A stretch of 62,223 nucleotides of DNA from Candidatus Roizmanbacteria bacterium RIFCSPLOWO2_01_FULL_40_14 (GTDB taxonomy: Bacteria; Patescibacteriota; Microgenomatia; GCA-001788215; 2-01-FULL-40-14). Shown in pieces: positions 54,055 through 62,223 of this stretch. Position 1 is the stretch's first letter. Each line of letters starts with the position of its first letter. The stretch lies in NCBI GenBank assembly GCA_001788215.1, contig MGAO01000037.1, positions 30,273-92,495 of the forward strand, read 5' to 3'. Both the position numbers and the translations under genes were made by a program. The notes below the pieces were generated by a model. The model made no database searches. It worked only from the letters and a program-made list of their open reading frames with translations, and was not told the origin of the DNA.

Positions 54055-55941
54055 ATGTATTCATTAATCCAAAAATATAAATTGTATGGGTTGAAACGGT
54101 TTGTCCGGTTTGCACTTCATGAACTGTATGCCCTTTTCTTTTTGCAAACCATTAAACAGTCATTCAGTCAGGACAAGGAAGACCTTTTGATGAGCCGGCT
54201 CATAAAGAAACAAAAAGGATTTTACGTTGATGTCGGTGCATACGACCCTCATCGCTTCAGCAACACGAAACATTTTTACCTGAAGGGCTGGCGCGGAATC
54301 AATATTGAACCTGATGTTATTAACTACCAAAAATTTGTCAAAGACCGCCCGCATGATAGTAACCTTAATATCGGTATTGGAACAAGAGAGGCAACGCTTA
54401 CTTTTTATATTTTTTTTCCGGATACACTTTCGACTTTTTCTGAAAAATCAGCAAAACAATACCAAAAAGAAGGATTTAAACTCGCCAAGGAATTAAAGGT
54501 TCCCGTAAAGACGCTGTCCGCAATTCTTAATACGTATGCTAAAAAAAGGGCGATTGATTTTCTCTCTGTTGATACCGAAGGACTTGATTTATTAGTACTC
54601 AAAAGCAATGATTGGAAAAAGTTCCGTCCAACCGTCATTTGTGTTGAAACATCACTCCCGAGCGGCATTTCAGGTGGGCACCAGGATACTCGTATCGAGG
54701 ATTACTTGAGAAAAATGCAGTATAAAAAAGTCTTTACCACTGCTTCTAATTCTATTTTTCTTGACAAGAGTAGGGGGCATGAAAAATCAGTTGTCGTAGT
54801 GACACATGAGGCGACCACGGGACCTGCACATGATTTGAGAGATTATCTGAAAGAAAAGTCGAAAAATCTTCTTTTTATTTCACATCCCCTTTTGTATATT
54901 CCGGCCAACTACAAAAAAAGTTCATACTGTGAATTTTTCACACAGGGAAAACAAATACAAATAGGAAAAGCATTTCACTTTCGCTTGCCAGAATTAGTCT
55001 TGTATATTAAAGATTGTATATATTCGATGTGGTGGTTTGTGAGAATTATGAAGCATGCCGACCTCTATATAGGAGTTGGAAATATAAATGCGACCGTAGG
55101 AATTTTGTTAAAAAAAATGGGATTCGTGAATACCATTATTTTCTATTGTATTGATTACGTGCCGGTTAGGTTTTCCAATCGAGTAGTCAATGCGGTATAT
55201 CACATGCTTGATAAGTGGGCGGTGACACAAAGTGATGCCACGTGGAATCTTTCACCCCGCATGGCTGAAGGAAGGAAAAAAAGATGGCACAAGGACTTTA
55301 ATAATCAGCACGTAGTTCCCCATGGTGTGCACTTTAAACGTATTAAGAGGCTTGCTTTTAGTAAAATAAACAAGACAGAGCTGCTTTATATGGGAACGCT
55401 ACTTGAGAAACAAGGTATTCAACTTGCGTTACAGTCGCTCCCCGCCGTTATAAAGAAGATTCCCACTATTAGTCTGACGATTATTGGTGACGGACCGTAT
55501 AAAGAAAAACTTATTACACTGACTAAAAAACTTCATCTTGAGAATTTTGTATCATTTTTAGGATATATGCCTAATCATGAAGAAATGGAAAATAGAATCG
55601 CGCAGTCTACGGTCGCACTTGCTTTATATGATAGAGAAGCGGACAAAAACGATTTTACCTATTATGCAGATCCTGGAAAGATAAGAAATTATTTAGGGGC
55701 AGGAGTTCCGGTAATTATGACGGATACGGCATATATTGCAGAAGAGATAAAAAAGGCTTCGTGTGGTTTTGTTATTTCCTATTCGGAGAAAGAACTTACG
55801 CAAACTCTTGTCTCTTTTCTTGGCAATCAAGAACAGATGAAAACATGTCGAAAGAATGCAGCTAGATTTGCTGAATATTACGATTGGGATAACGTATTTA
55901 CCAGGGCATTTTCTTTTAAAACACGTGCTGAAAAAAAATAA
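54055..55941 (+). CDS. Fusion protein: FkbM-family methyltransferase (N-terminal) plus GT4-like glycosyltransferase (C-terminal)
   Basis: The N-terminus has GFYVDVGAYDPHRFSNTKHFYLKGWRGINIEPD...NIGIG......TFY...LSVDTEGLDL.VL, the FkbM pattern. The C-terminal ~390 aa are paralogous to 55925..57103 and end with a GT-B-like region LLYMGTLLEKQGI...GDGPYKEKL. Confidence 0.7.
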   Translation: MYSLIQKYKLYGLKRFVRFALHELYALFFLQTIKQSFSQDKEDLLMSRLIKKQKGFYVDVGAYDPHRFSNTKHFYLKGWRGINIEPDVINYQKFVKDRPHDSNLNIGIGTREATLTFYIFFPDTLSTFSEKSAKQYQKEGFKLAKELKVPVKTLSAILNTYAKKRAIDFLSVDTEGLDLLVLKSNDWKKFRPTVICVETSLPSGISGGHQDTRIEDYLRKMQYKKVFTTASNSIFLDKSRGHEKSVVVVTHEATTGPAHDLRDYLKEKSKNLLFISHPLLYIPANYKKSSYCEFFTQGKQIQIGKAFHFRLPELVLYIKDCIYSMWWFVRIMKHADLYIGVGNINATVGILLKKMGFVNTIIFYCIDYVPVRFSNRVVNAVYHMLDKWAVTQSDATWNLSPRMAEGRKKRWHKDFNNQHVVPHGVHFKRIKRLAFSKINKTELLYMGTLLEKQGIQLALQSLPAVIKKIPTISLTIIGDGPYKEKLITLTKKLHLENFVSFLGYMPNHEEMENRIAQSTVALALYDREADKNDFTYYADPGKIRNYLGAGVPVIMTDTAYIAEEIKKASCGFVISYSEKELTQTLVSFLGNQEQMKTCRKNAARFAEYYDWDNVFTRAFSFKTRAEKK

Positions 55942-57103
55942 TTTTATTATTGTTGTCCATGAATTTGTTCCTCAGGGAGGACCTGCATATGAAACATTGC
56001 AGTATCTTCTCAAAAAAAACGCAGGAACTATTTTATTTATTGCTCATCCTCTGTTATCTACCCCTGAAACATACGCAAATGATTCCCGCTATGATTATTT
56101 TAAAAAAGGAAAAAAGGTGGAACAGTACCGAAGTACACATCTCCGGCTGCCCGACCTTCTTTTATTTATAAAGGATTTTTTGTTAACGCTTCTGTGGTGT
56201 GTTCAGTATAAAAACAACAAATACGATGTATTTATTGGCCTTGATCCTCTAAATGCCCTTGCTGGAATAGTGCTTAGAACAATGGGTATTGTTGATAAAG
56301 TTATCTATTATTCCATTGATTATTTTCCGACTCGTTTTAACAATGCAATTATGAATTCTCTCTACCACTTTATCGATAAGCTCAGTGTGCGATTCTCAAA
56401 CGAAACATGGAATGTCGGCATTAATATGAAAGAGGCACGTGCGCGTTTCAATAATATGAAGGGATACACCTATACTCGTCAATATTATGTGCCCATTGGT
56501 ATATGGTTTGACAAGGAAAAAATGAAACCAATAGAAAAAATAGATACAAAAAAACTCGTCTATGCAGGACATCTTATTTCATACATGGGAATAGATCTTG
56601 CTATACGAGCAATGCCAGAACTTATTAAAAAAATTCCTGGTATTTCACTTGACATAATCGGTATGGGAGCAGAGGAGAAAGACCTGAAAGACCTCACTAA
56701 GCAGTTATCACTGACAAAACAGATACATTTCTATTCGTGGATGGGCGACCGCAAATCTTTCGAGGAAAAGCTTTCAACGGCTGCGGTAGGTCTCGCGACA
56801 TTCAATACCATCATTTTAGATGATAAGGTAAAAAATGCCGATCCTTCAAAAATTAAGGACTATATGGTATGCGGTTTGCCCATTATTACGACCAACGCAC
56901 TAGCTACATACAAAGATGTCGAAAACGCAAAAGCCGCCATTGTTGTCGACTATAATCAAAAAGCATTTATTAAAGCCGTCGTGTCCCTATTAGGAAATAA
57001 ACAAACTCTTGATACGTATCGCCATAATGCTCAGAAGTTTGTGCAACAATTTGACTGGGAAGTACTATTAAACAAGAATATGCAACGGTTATTTGGGTCA
57101 TAG
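55925..57103 (+). CDS. GT4-like glycosyltransferase, stand-alone paralogue of the C-terminal domain of 54055..55941
   Basis: It is collinear with the upstream fusion: LFIAHPLL..PE.Y...RYDYF.KGK...HLRLPDLLLFIKD...IGLDPLNALAGIVL...YYSIDYFPTRF versus LFISHPLLYIPANY...FHFRLPELVLYIKD...IGVGNINATVGILL...FYCIDYVPVRF. The start is uncertain: GTG 55925 is proposed, and the ORF track gives 55856. Confidence 0.6.
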   Translation: MLKKNNFIIVVHEFVPQGGPAYETLQYLLKKNAGTILFIAHPLLSTPETYANDSRYDYFKKGKKVEQYRSTHLRLPDLLLFIKDFLLTLLWCVQYKNNKYDVFIGLDPLNALAGIVLRTMGIVDKVIYYSIDYFPTRFNNAIMNSLYHFIDKLSVRFSNETWNVGINMKEARARFNNMKGYTYTRQYYVPIGIWFDKEKMKPIEKIDTKKLVYAGHLISYMGIDLAIRAMPELIKKIPGISLDIIGMGAEEKDLKDLTKQLSLTKQIHFYSWMGDRKSFEEKLSTAAVGLATFNTIILDDKVKNADPSKIKDYMVCGLPIITTNALATYKDVENAKAAIVVDYNQKAFIKAVVSLLGNKQTLDTYRHNAQKFVQQFDWEVLLNKNMQRLFGS

Positions 57104-57125
57104 CTTCAATGCTATAATACCTCGT

Positions 57126-58913
57126 ATGTATATTTTAGGTATTTATTACGGCCATAATGCCAGTGCAATCCTTCTTAATAACGGCAAAGTAATAGCAGGG
57201 GCAAGCGAAGAGCGCTTCAATGGAAAGAAAAACTATATTGGCTATCCCGAAAGTGCGATTCAGTATATCCTTTCTGAAGCTGGAATTCGTTCAAAACAGC
57301 TTACCGCGGTGACCGTCTCGCACACGTCCGCAATTCCGGTAGCATTCTTCAGTAATTTGAGTGGTTCCCGACACGTGTCAACCATTTCTTTTTTTCGCAT
57401 TCTTGACGGAATAATACTGCTGATGAGAAAACTATACCGGTTACTCGCATTTTATGCGCCGGTTGTTCGTGTTTTGGGCAGATATGCCTATAGGTTTTTT
57501 ATGAATCTGGGCGGATATTTTATTCGTCGCAAGGAGCAGCAAGTAATTGCATCCCGTTTAGGCATAAACGAAAACGTAATACATTTCTACGACCATCATC
57601 TGAGTCACGGTGCAGCCGGATACTATGCATCTCCCTTCAACCAAAAAAAAGCACTGGTCATAACGCTTGACGGCGAAGGAGACGGACAATCCGGTTCAGT
57701 ACGAATTTTCAACAATAAAACTATTACTGAACTATCAAGAATTCCCCGGGAATATTCTCTGGGGACTCTTTTTGCACAAGCAACCGGATATCTTGGCATG
57801 AAAATAGGGGAGGATGAATATAAGCTTATGGGACTTGCTCCCTATTCGAAAAAGGAAAAGGTAGAGAAAGTATATAAAGAGATAGAAAACATCGTCCAGG
57901 TAGATACCGAAAAACTTACCATTTCCACATCCTTTAATACCAATGATTCTCCCCGCTATTTACGACGCGCTATGCAAGGAGTGCGGTTTGATGTGGTTGC
58001 GGGGGTATTTCAGTATTTGTTGGAAGAGAAAATTGCAGTACTGGTCAAAGCTGCAATCAAGAAAACGGGTGTACATACCATTGTACTTTCGGGTGGAATC
58101 TTTATGAATGTAAAAATTAACCAACGAATTGGGTCAATACCCGAAGTAAAGGAGCTTTTTATCATGCCTACCTGTGGAGATGAGACAAGTATTCTTGGTT
58201 CGTCTTACCTTCATCATATCCAACAACCCGCAACAAGCAGGAAAAAAGTAACAGTTGAACCAATAAAAGACTTATACTGGGGGCCCCGCTTTACTAATAA
58301 ACAAATTCAGGAATATTTAAAAAAAAATAAACTCTCAAAAAAGTTTGCTATACAAAAAATAGAAAAGATTGAAAAAAAAGTGGCTCAGTTACTCGCAAAC
58401 GGCCATGTGGTAGCCCGGCTTGCAGGAAGGATGGAATTTGGGGCTCGTTCTTTGGGTAACCGTTCTATCTTGGCAGATCCTCGGAATTTTGATGTTGTTA
58501 GAATTATCAATGAGCAAATGAAGAATAGAGATTTCTGGATGCCGTTTGCGCCATCAATTTTGGACTATAGAATGAAGGATTATTGTATAAACCCCAAGAA
58601 TTTTAATGCACCGTATATGATTTTAAGCTTTGATTCAACACCGCTTGCTCGAAAGGACCTGAAAGCGTCGTTACATCCGTACGATTTCACCTTGCGTCCG
58701 CAAGTTGTATACAAAGAATGGAATGAAAGTTATTATAAAATTATTGAAGAATTCGAAAAATTGACCGGTGTTGGAGGTATTCTCAATACGTCGTTTAACC
58801 TTCATGGATTTCCTATTGTGGCAGGTCCAAAAGAGGCATTATTTGCGTTTGAACATTCCGGCCTTGACTACCTTGTTCTAGAAAATTTCCTTATCAGTAA
58901 AAATAAACTATGA
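57126..58913 (+). CDS. Carbamoyltransferase (NodU/CmcH family)
   Basis: MYILGIYYGHNASAILLNNGKVIAGASEERFNGKKNYIGYPESAI...HHLSHGAAGYY.SPF...LDGEGDG.SG...LSGGIFMNVK.N......MP.CGDE......RMEFG.R.LGNRSILADPR......N...K.RDFWMPFAPS.... Confidence 0.85.
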   Translation: MYILGIYYGHNASAILLNNGKVIAGASEERFNGKKNYIGYPESAIQYILSEAGIRSKQLTAVTVSHTSAIPVAFFSNLSGSRHVSTISFFRILDGIILLMRKLYRLLAFYAPVVRVLGRYAYRFFMNLGGYFIRRKEQQVIASRLGINENVIHFYDHHLSHGAAGYYASPFNQKKALVITLDGEGDGQSGSVRIFNNKTITELSRIPREYSLGTLFAQATGYLGMKIGEDEYKLMGLAPYSKKEKVEKVYKEIENIVQVDTEKLTISTSFNTNDSPRYLRRAMQGVRFDVVAGVFQYLLEEKIAVLVKAAIKKTGVHTIVLSGGIFMNVKINQRIGSIPEVKELFIMPTCGDETSILGSSYLHHIQQPATSRKKVTVEPIKDLYWGPRFTNKQIQEYLKKNKLSKKFAIQKIEKIEKKVAQLLANGHVVARLAGRMEFGARSLGNRSILADPRNFDVVRIINEQMKNRDFWMPFAPSILDYRMKDYCINPKNFNAPYMILSFDSTPLARKDLKASLHPYDFTLRPQVVYKEWNESYYKIIEEFEKLTGVGGILNTSFNLHGFPIVAGPKEALFAFEHSGLDYLVLENFLISKNKL

Positions 58914-59710
58914 AACATATAGCAATTACGGGCGGTTCAGGATTTATCGGGACATTTCTCGTAGAAAAACTCAAACAAAGACGCGTTTCATATACGCTTC
59001 TTAATCGCAAAAAGCATAATCTTTTGTATCCCAATTCCCTGAAAGACTTTGTTTCTTCCAAAGATGCCATTATTCATCTCGCCGCAAAAGACAAAGATAG
59101 CGGGCTTACAGAAATGATGAAGACAAATATAGGAGGAACAATGGGGCTAATGGGAGCTATAAAACAGTGGAACCCTTCTGTGAAACTGATAGCTGCATCG
59201 TCTTTTTTAGTTTATATACCAGAAGATGCGTTTGGCGCAACGAAAAAAGCCGCAGAAGAATTAATAGAGGAGTATGGTAAACAATTACCAATAAAAGTTG
59301 CCATTTTACGGTTTTCGAATATATATGGCCCCGGAGGGAAGCCGTTTCATAACTCTGTAATCTCTACATTTGTCCATCTCATCAAAAAAGGGAAAAAAAT
59401 AACTATCGCCGGAGACGGATCACAAAAACGGGATTTTATTCATGTAAACGATGCAGTGCAGGCAATTTTAAAAGCGATAGATTATAATCCTACCGGTATT
59501 GAATATTTTGACATATGTACGGGGACACTTACCTCATTAAATGACATCGTAAAAATATTAGCTTTGCATACAAAGAAAGAAATTCAAGTTGCGTATGATA
59601 CTTCTGTACAAAATGATCCTTATTTACTGCAAAAAAAATACCTTTCCGCAAAAGAAAAACTTGGTTGGAAGCCAGAAATTACGCTCTCGCAAGGATTAAA
59701 AACTGTATGA
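58910..59710 (+). CDS. SDR domain equivalent to the N-terminal half of CapF/FnlB (UDP-2-acetamido-2,6-dideoxy-hexulose 4-reductase)
   Basis: MKHIAITGGSGFIGTFL...AIIHLAA...FGATKKAAEELIEEYG......ILRFSNIYGPGGKPFHNSVISTF.H.I.KG..I...GDG...DFIHVNDAV is collinear with the S. aureus CapF N-terminal domain (NSVIATF motif). ATGA overlap with the upstream gene. Confidence 0.65.
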   Translation: MKHIAITGGSGFIGTFLVEKLKQRRVSYTLLNRKKHNLLYPNSLKDFVSSKDAIIHLAAKDKDSGLTEMMKTNIGGTMGLMGAIKQWNPSVKLIAASSFLVYIPEDAFGATKKAAEELIEEYGKQLPIKVAILRFSNIYGPGGKPFHNSVISTFVHLIKKGKKITIAGDGSQKRDFIHVNDAVQAILKAIDYNPTGIEYFDICTGTLTSLNDIVKILALHTKKEIQVAYDTSVQNDPYLLQKKYLSAKEKLGWKPEITLSQGLKTV

Positions 59711-59713
59711 TGA

Positions 59714-60106
59714 TTGAATATGGATTGCAAAATAAAACATCTGAATGTTAAAATAGATAATCGTGGTTGGCTTGCCGAACTTATCAGGTCTGAAGATGTC
59801 GGAAAATCTTCTTTCGGACAAGTACTCGTTACTACTGCTCTTCCCGGTAAAACCAAAGGGGGGCACTATCATAAACGTAAGACAGAATGGTACTGTGTCA
59901 TTAAGGGATCTGCTCTCTTGAGTCTTACTGATATGAAAACTGGAAAGAATTATGAGATCAAAATGGGGACAGATAATATGGTTCAAGTGAAAATCCCGCC
60001 TTATTATTTTCATACCATCGAGAACATCGGTGATGAAGAAATCTACTTAATCGCATACACGAGTCAAGTATTCGATCCAAACGATCCTGATACGTTTACC
60101 AACTAA
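59714..60106 (+). CDS. Cupin domain equivalent to the C-terminal half of CapF (3-epimerase module)
   Basis: DNRGWLAELI......GQVLVTTALPGKTKGGHYHKRKTEWYCVIKGSA........G...E......D....V.IPPYYFHTIENIGDEE...IAYTSQVFDPNDPDTF parallels CapF DDRGSFTEFIK...GQVSVNISKPGITKGNHWHHTKNEKFLVVSG...DIPVGYTHNIENLGDTD...MFDPNQPDTY. The start is TTG 59714 or ATG 59720. Confidence 0.7.
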   Translation: MNMDCKIKHLNVKIDNRGWLAELIRSEDVGKSSFGQVLVTTALPGKTKGGHYHKRKTEWYCVIKGSALLSLTDMKTGKNYEIKMGTDNMVQVKIPPYYFHTIENIGDEEIYLIAYTSQVFDPNDPDTFTN

Positions 60107-60113
60107 CACAGCA

Positions 60114-61211
60114 ATGGCACAGCAATATAAAAAGCACATAAAAAACAAAGTCTTTCTTATAACCGGGGGGACTGGCTCATTTGGCATGACTGTTGTGGGG
60201 CGTCTCTTATCTGAGGACCCTAAACAAATAATTGTCTTTAGCCGCGATGAAAAAAAACAGTTTGACATGCGAAATATATTTGATGATAAACGTCTCAGAT
60301 TTGTTATTGGGGATGTTCGTGAAAAGGAAAGTCTGGACAGAGTTTTTGAAGATATACATATAGACTACGTATTTCATGCTGCGGCGCTCAAGCAAGTCCC
60401 AACGGCTGAATTTTTCCCTGTTGAAGCGGTTAAAACAAACATTTTGGGTGCAGAAAATGTTCTGCAAATGGCGCTTCGGTATAGCGTAAAAAAAGTCGTC
60501 ATATTAAGTACCGATAAAGCAGCCTATCCTATCAATGCTATGGGGATGACGAAAGCACTTATGGAGAAAATTATGGTGGCGTATTCTCGGGAATACGATC
60601 ATTCATCTCCCCGAGAAACCGTATTTTGCGGAGTCCGGTACGGTAATGTATTACTTTCGAGAGGATCAGTGATACCACATTTCATTTCTCTTATTAAGCA
60701 AGGAAAAGTATTACCGTTAACAAATGCCCGTATGACCCGGTTTTTGTTGCCATTGCCTGACGCAATAGATCTGGTATTACACGCATTTATCCAGGGTAAA
60801 AACGGCCACCTGTATGTACGTAAAGCTCCGGCAGCCACGATCGAAACCGTCGCTCAAGCGCTTTGCAAAATTTTCAAACACACCGTTGGATATAAAGAGA
60901 TGGGAGTCAGAGCAGGCGAAAAAATGCATGAAACTCTTTTAACAGTTGAGGAGATGGCAAGAGCACATGAGCTTACCAAATATTATGAGGTACCTCCTGA
61001 GAGCCAGGGGTTTGATTACAATAAGTATTTTATTAAAGGAGAACGGATAACGACGAAACCAATTAAACCATATACTTCAGAAAATACGAAAAGACTTACT
61101 GTTGAGGAAACCAAAAAACTACTCCTTGGGCTCCCTGAAATCAAGCAGGAATTAAGAACCTATACGGTTGACATTAAAAATATTGACGAGACGGTATACA
61201 GTAAAATATAA
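60114..61211 (+). CDS. UDP-N-acetylglucosamine 4,6-dehydratase/5-epimerase (CapE/FnlA/WbjB type)
   Basis: FLITGGTGSFG...IIVFSRDEKKQ...RFVIGDVRE...DYVFHAAALKQVPTAEFFPVEAVKTNILGAENVL...VKKVVILSTDKAAYPINAMGMTKALMEK...RYGNVLLSRGSVIP...MTRFLL. This includes the Met-for-Tyr AMG(M/I)(T/S)KA signature that separates CapE/FnlA from PseB-type enzymes. Confidence 0.8.
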   Translation: MAQQYKKHIKNKVFLITGGTGSFGMTVVGRLLSEDPKQIIVFSRDEKKQFDMRNIFDDKRLRFVIGDVREKESLDRVFEDIHIDYVFHAAALKQVPTAEFFPVEAVKTNILGAENVLQMALRYSVKKVVILSTDKAAYPINAMGMTKALMEKIMVAYSREYDHSSPRETVFCGVRYGNVLLSRGSVIPHFISLIKQGKVLPLTNARMTRFLLPLPDAIDLVLHAFIQGKNGHLYVRKAPAATIETVAQALCKIFKHTVGYKEMGVRAGEKMHETLLTVEEMARAHELTKYYEVPPESQGFDYNKYFIKGERITTKPIKPYTSENTKRLTVEETKKLLLGLPEIKQELRTYTVDIKNIDETVYSKI

Positions 61212-61214
61212 GAT

Positions 61215-62223
61215 ATGAAACGAATTGAGAAGCTAAAAATTATGACAATACTTGGTACGAGACCAGAGATTATTCGATTATCCCGGATTCTTCCCACATT
61301 TGATGAATTTTTTGATCATGTCGTCGTGTATACACAACAAAGTTATGATTATGAATTAAGCACTATTTTTTTTGAAGAACTGGAACTGCGGAAACCAGAC
61401 TATATTCTTTCGGTAAAATCAGAAACACTCGGTGGACAAATCAGTAATATTTTGAAGCAAACAGAAGGAGTAATGCTGAAGGAAAAACCAGATGGACTAT
61501 TGGTATTAGGAGATACAAACAGTTCTCTCTCAGCTCTTATCGCCAAGCGTCTGAAGATCCTCATTTTCCATATGGAAGCGGGGAATAGGTGTTTCGATTG
61601 GGAAGTTCCTGAGGAAGTAAACCGTGCAGTTGTTGATACACTCAGCGATTATAACTTGCCCTATACACAGCGCAGTTTTGAGTATTTGGTTGTCGGAGGA
61701 ATTCATCCAAGCAAAATGTTTATAACAGGATCTCCACTCCGGGAAGTATATGAATATTACCGTCAACGTATAGAAGCTTCTCCGATTCTTAAAAAAATAA
61801 AGCTTGAAAAACAAAAATATTTTGTTGTCAGTACACACCGGGAAGAAAATGTTGACAGACCTGATCGTTTGAAGGAGCTTTTTGCTTCTTTTAACTACCT
61901 TGCCGAGTACTACGGCTATCCAATTATCGTAACACTTCATCCGCGGACAAAAAGCAAATTGTCCGTTGTGAAAAATATACATCCGCTTATACAACTTCAT
62001 AAGCCTTTTGGAATTTTAGATTATATAAAGCTAGAAAAAAATTCCCTTTGTGTGCTGTCAGATAGCGGAACTATTGCAGAAGAATCGGCTCTGCTTGGGT
62101 TTCATGCAGTCCAAATACGGTCGAATATAGAAAGGACTGAATCAATAGACAAGGGAATTATTGTGTTAACAGGACTTAATAAAAATGCCATTATTAACGC
62201 CATACAATTAGTCGTTAAAGGGG
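61215..62223 (+). CDS. UDP-N-acetylglucosamine 2-epimerase (WecB/CapG/FnlC type), 3' partial; absent from the supplied ORF track because it runs off the window
   Basis: My own translation from ATG 61215 gives MKRIEKLKIMTILGTRPEIIRLSRIL...GLLVLGDTNSSLSALIAKRLKILIFHMEAGNRCFD..VPEEVNR..VD..SDYNLPYT.....L...GIHPSKMFITGSP..EV...VVSTHREENVD...SDSGTIAEES. No stop occurs before nt 62223. Confidence 0.85.
   Translation, partial: MKRIEKLKIMTILGTRPEIIRLSRILPTFDEFFDHVVVYTQQSYDYELSTIFFEELELRKPDYILSVKSETLGGQISNILKQTEGVMLKEKPDGLLVLGDTNSSLSALIAKRLKILIFHMEAGNRCFDWEVPEEVNRAVVDTLSDYNLPYTQRSFEYLVVGGIHPSKMFITGSPLREVYEYYRQRIEASPILKKIKLEKQKYFVVSTHREENVDRPDRLKELFASFNYLAEYYGYPIIVTLHPRTKSKLSVVKNIHPLIQLHKPFGILDYIKLEKNSLCVLSDSGTIAEESALLGFHAVQIRSNIERTESIDKGIIVLTGLNKNAIINAIQLVVKG

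Noticed and set aside
61530-62000. 156-aa minus-strand ORF listed in the supplied track
   Set aside because: It lies entirely antisense to a clear WecB/CapG-type UDP-GlcNAc 2-epimerase frame (61215 to the window end) that the track omits because it has no stop in the window. The minus-strand peptide has no recognisable motifs, so it is a shadow ORF.

Overview
AT-rich (roughly high-30s % GC, judged by eye), very gene-dense 62.2-kb window with about 49 protein-coding genes. I found no rRNA, tRNA, CRISPR array, transposase or integrase. Nearly the whole window is one large envelope-glycosylation island. It holds 19 large polytopic GT-C-fold membrane glycosyltransferase genes from at least 7 sequence families: YfhO-like, PMT_2/GT39/ArnT-like, PTPS-related, an unnamed HHQ-motif family, GT87/DUF2029-like, MptB-like and PIG-V-like. 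It also holds 8 GT2 genes (several look like DPM1/GtrB-type polyprenyl-phosphate-sugar synthases), 6 GT4 genes, a Wzx-type flippase, three class-I SAM methyltransferases plus an FkbM methyltransferase, a CE4 deacetylase and a NodU/CmcH carbamoyltransferase. Nucleotide-sugar modules are an RfbH/E1-like 3-dehydrase, an Fcl-like epimerase/reductase, and a CapE / split-CapF / CapG set (UDP-L-FucNAc type). The only clearly non-glycan gene is dprA, embedded co-directionally in the operon. Most genes are on the + strand and are chained by ATGA or other short overlaps, and TGA is a genuine stop (standard code). The compactness, gene content and GC-rich palindromic mini-repeats suggest a CPR/Patescibacteria-like (Microgenomates-type) or similar uncultured lineage, but that is inference only. 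Most notable observations: (1) a GT-C membrane domain fused to a PBP2a-type NTF2-like plus pedestal module that stops exactly where the transpeptidase should begin; (2) four translationally coupled tandem PMT_2 paralogues plus a fifth copy; (3) a divergent unit of FAD oxidoreductase / SDR-GT2 fusion / DXD-less GtrB-like protein that could modify a lipid-linked sugar; (4) GC-rich structured mini-elements that sit between genes and also in frame inside two glycosyltransferase genes. All family assignments come from motif recognition by eye; no searches were run.
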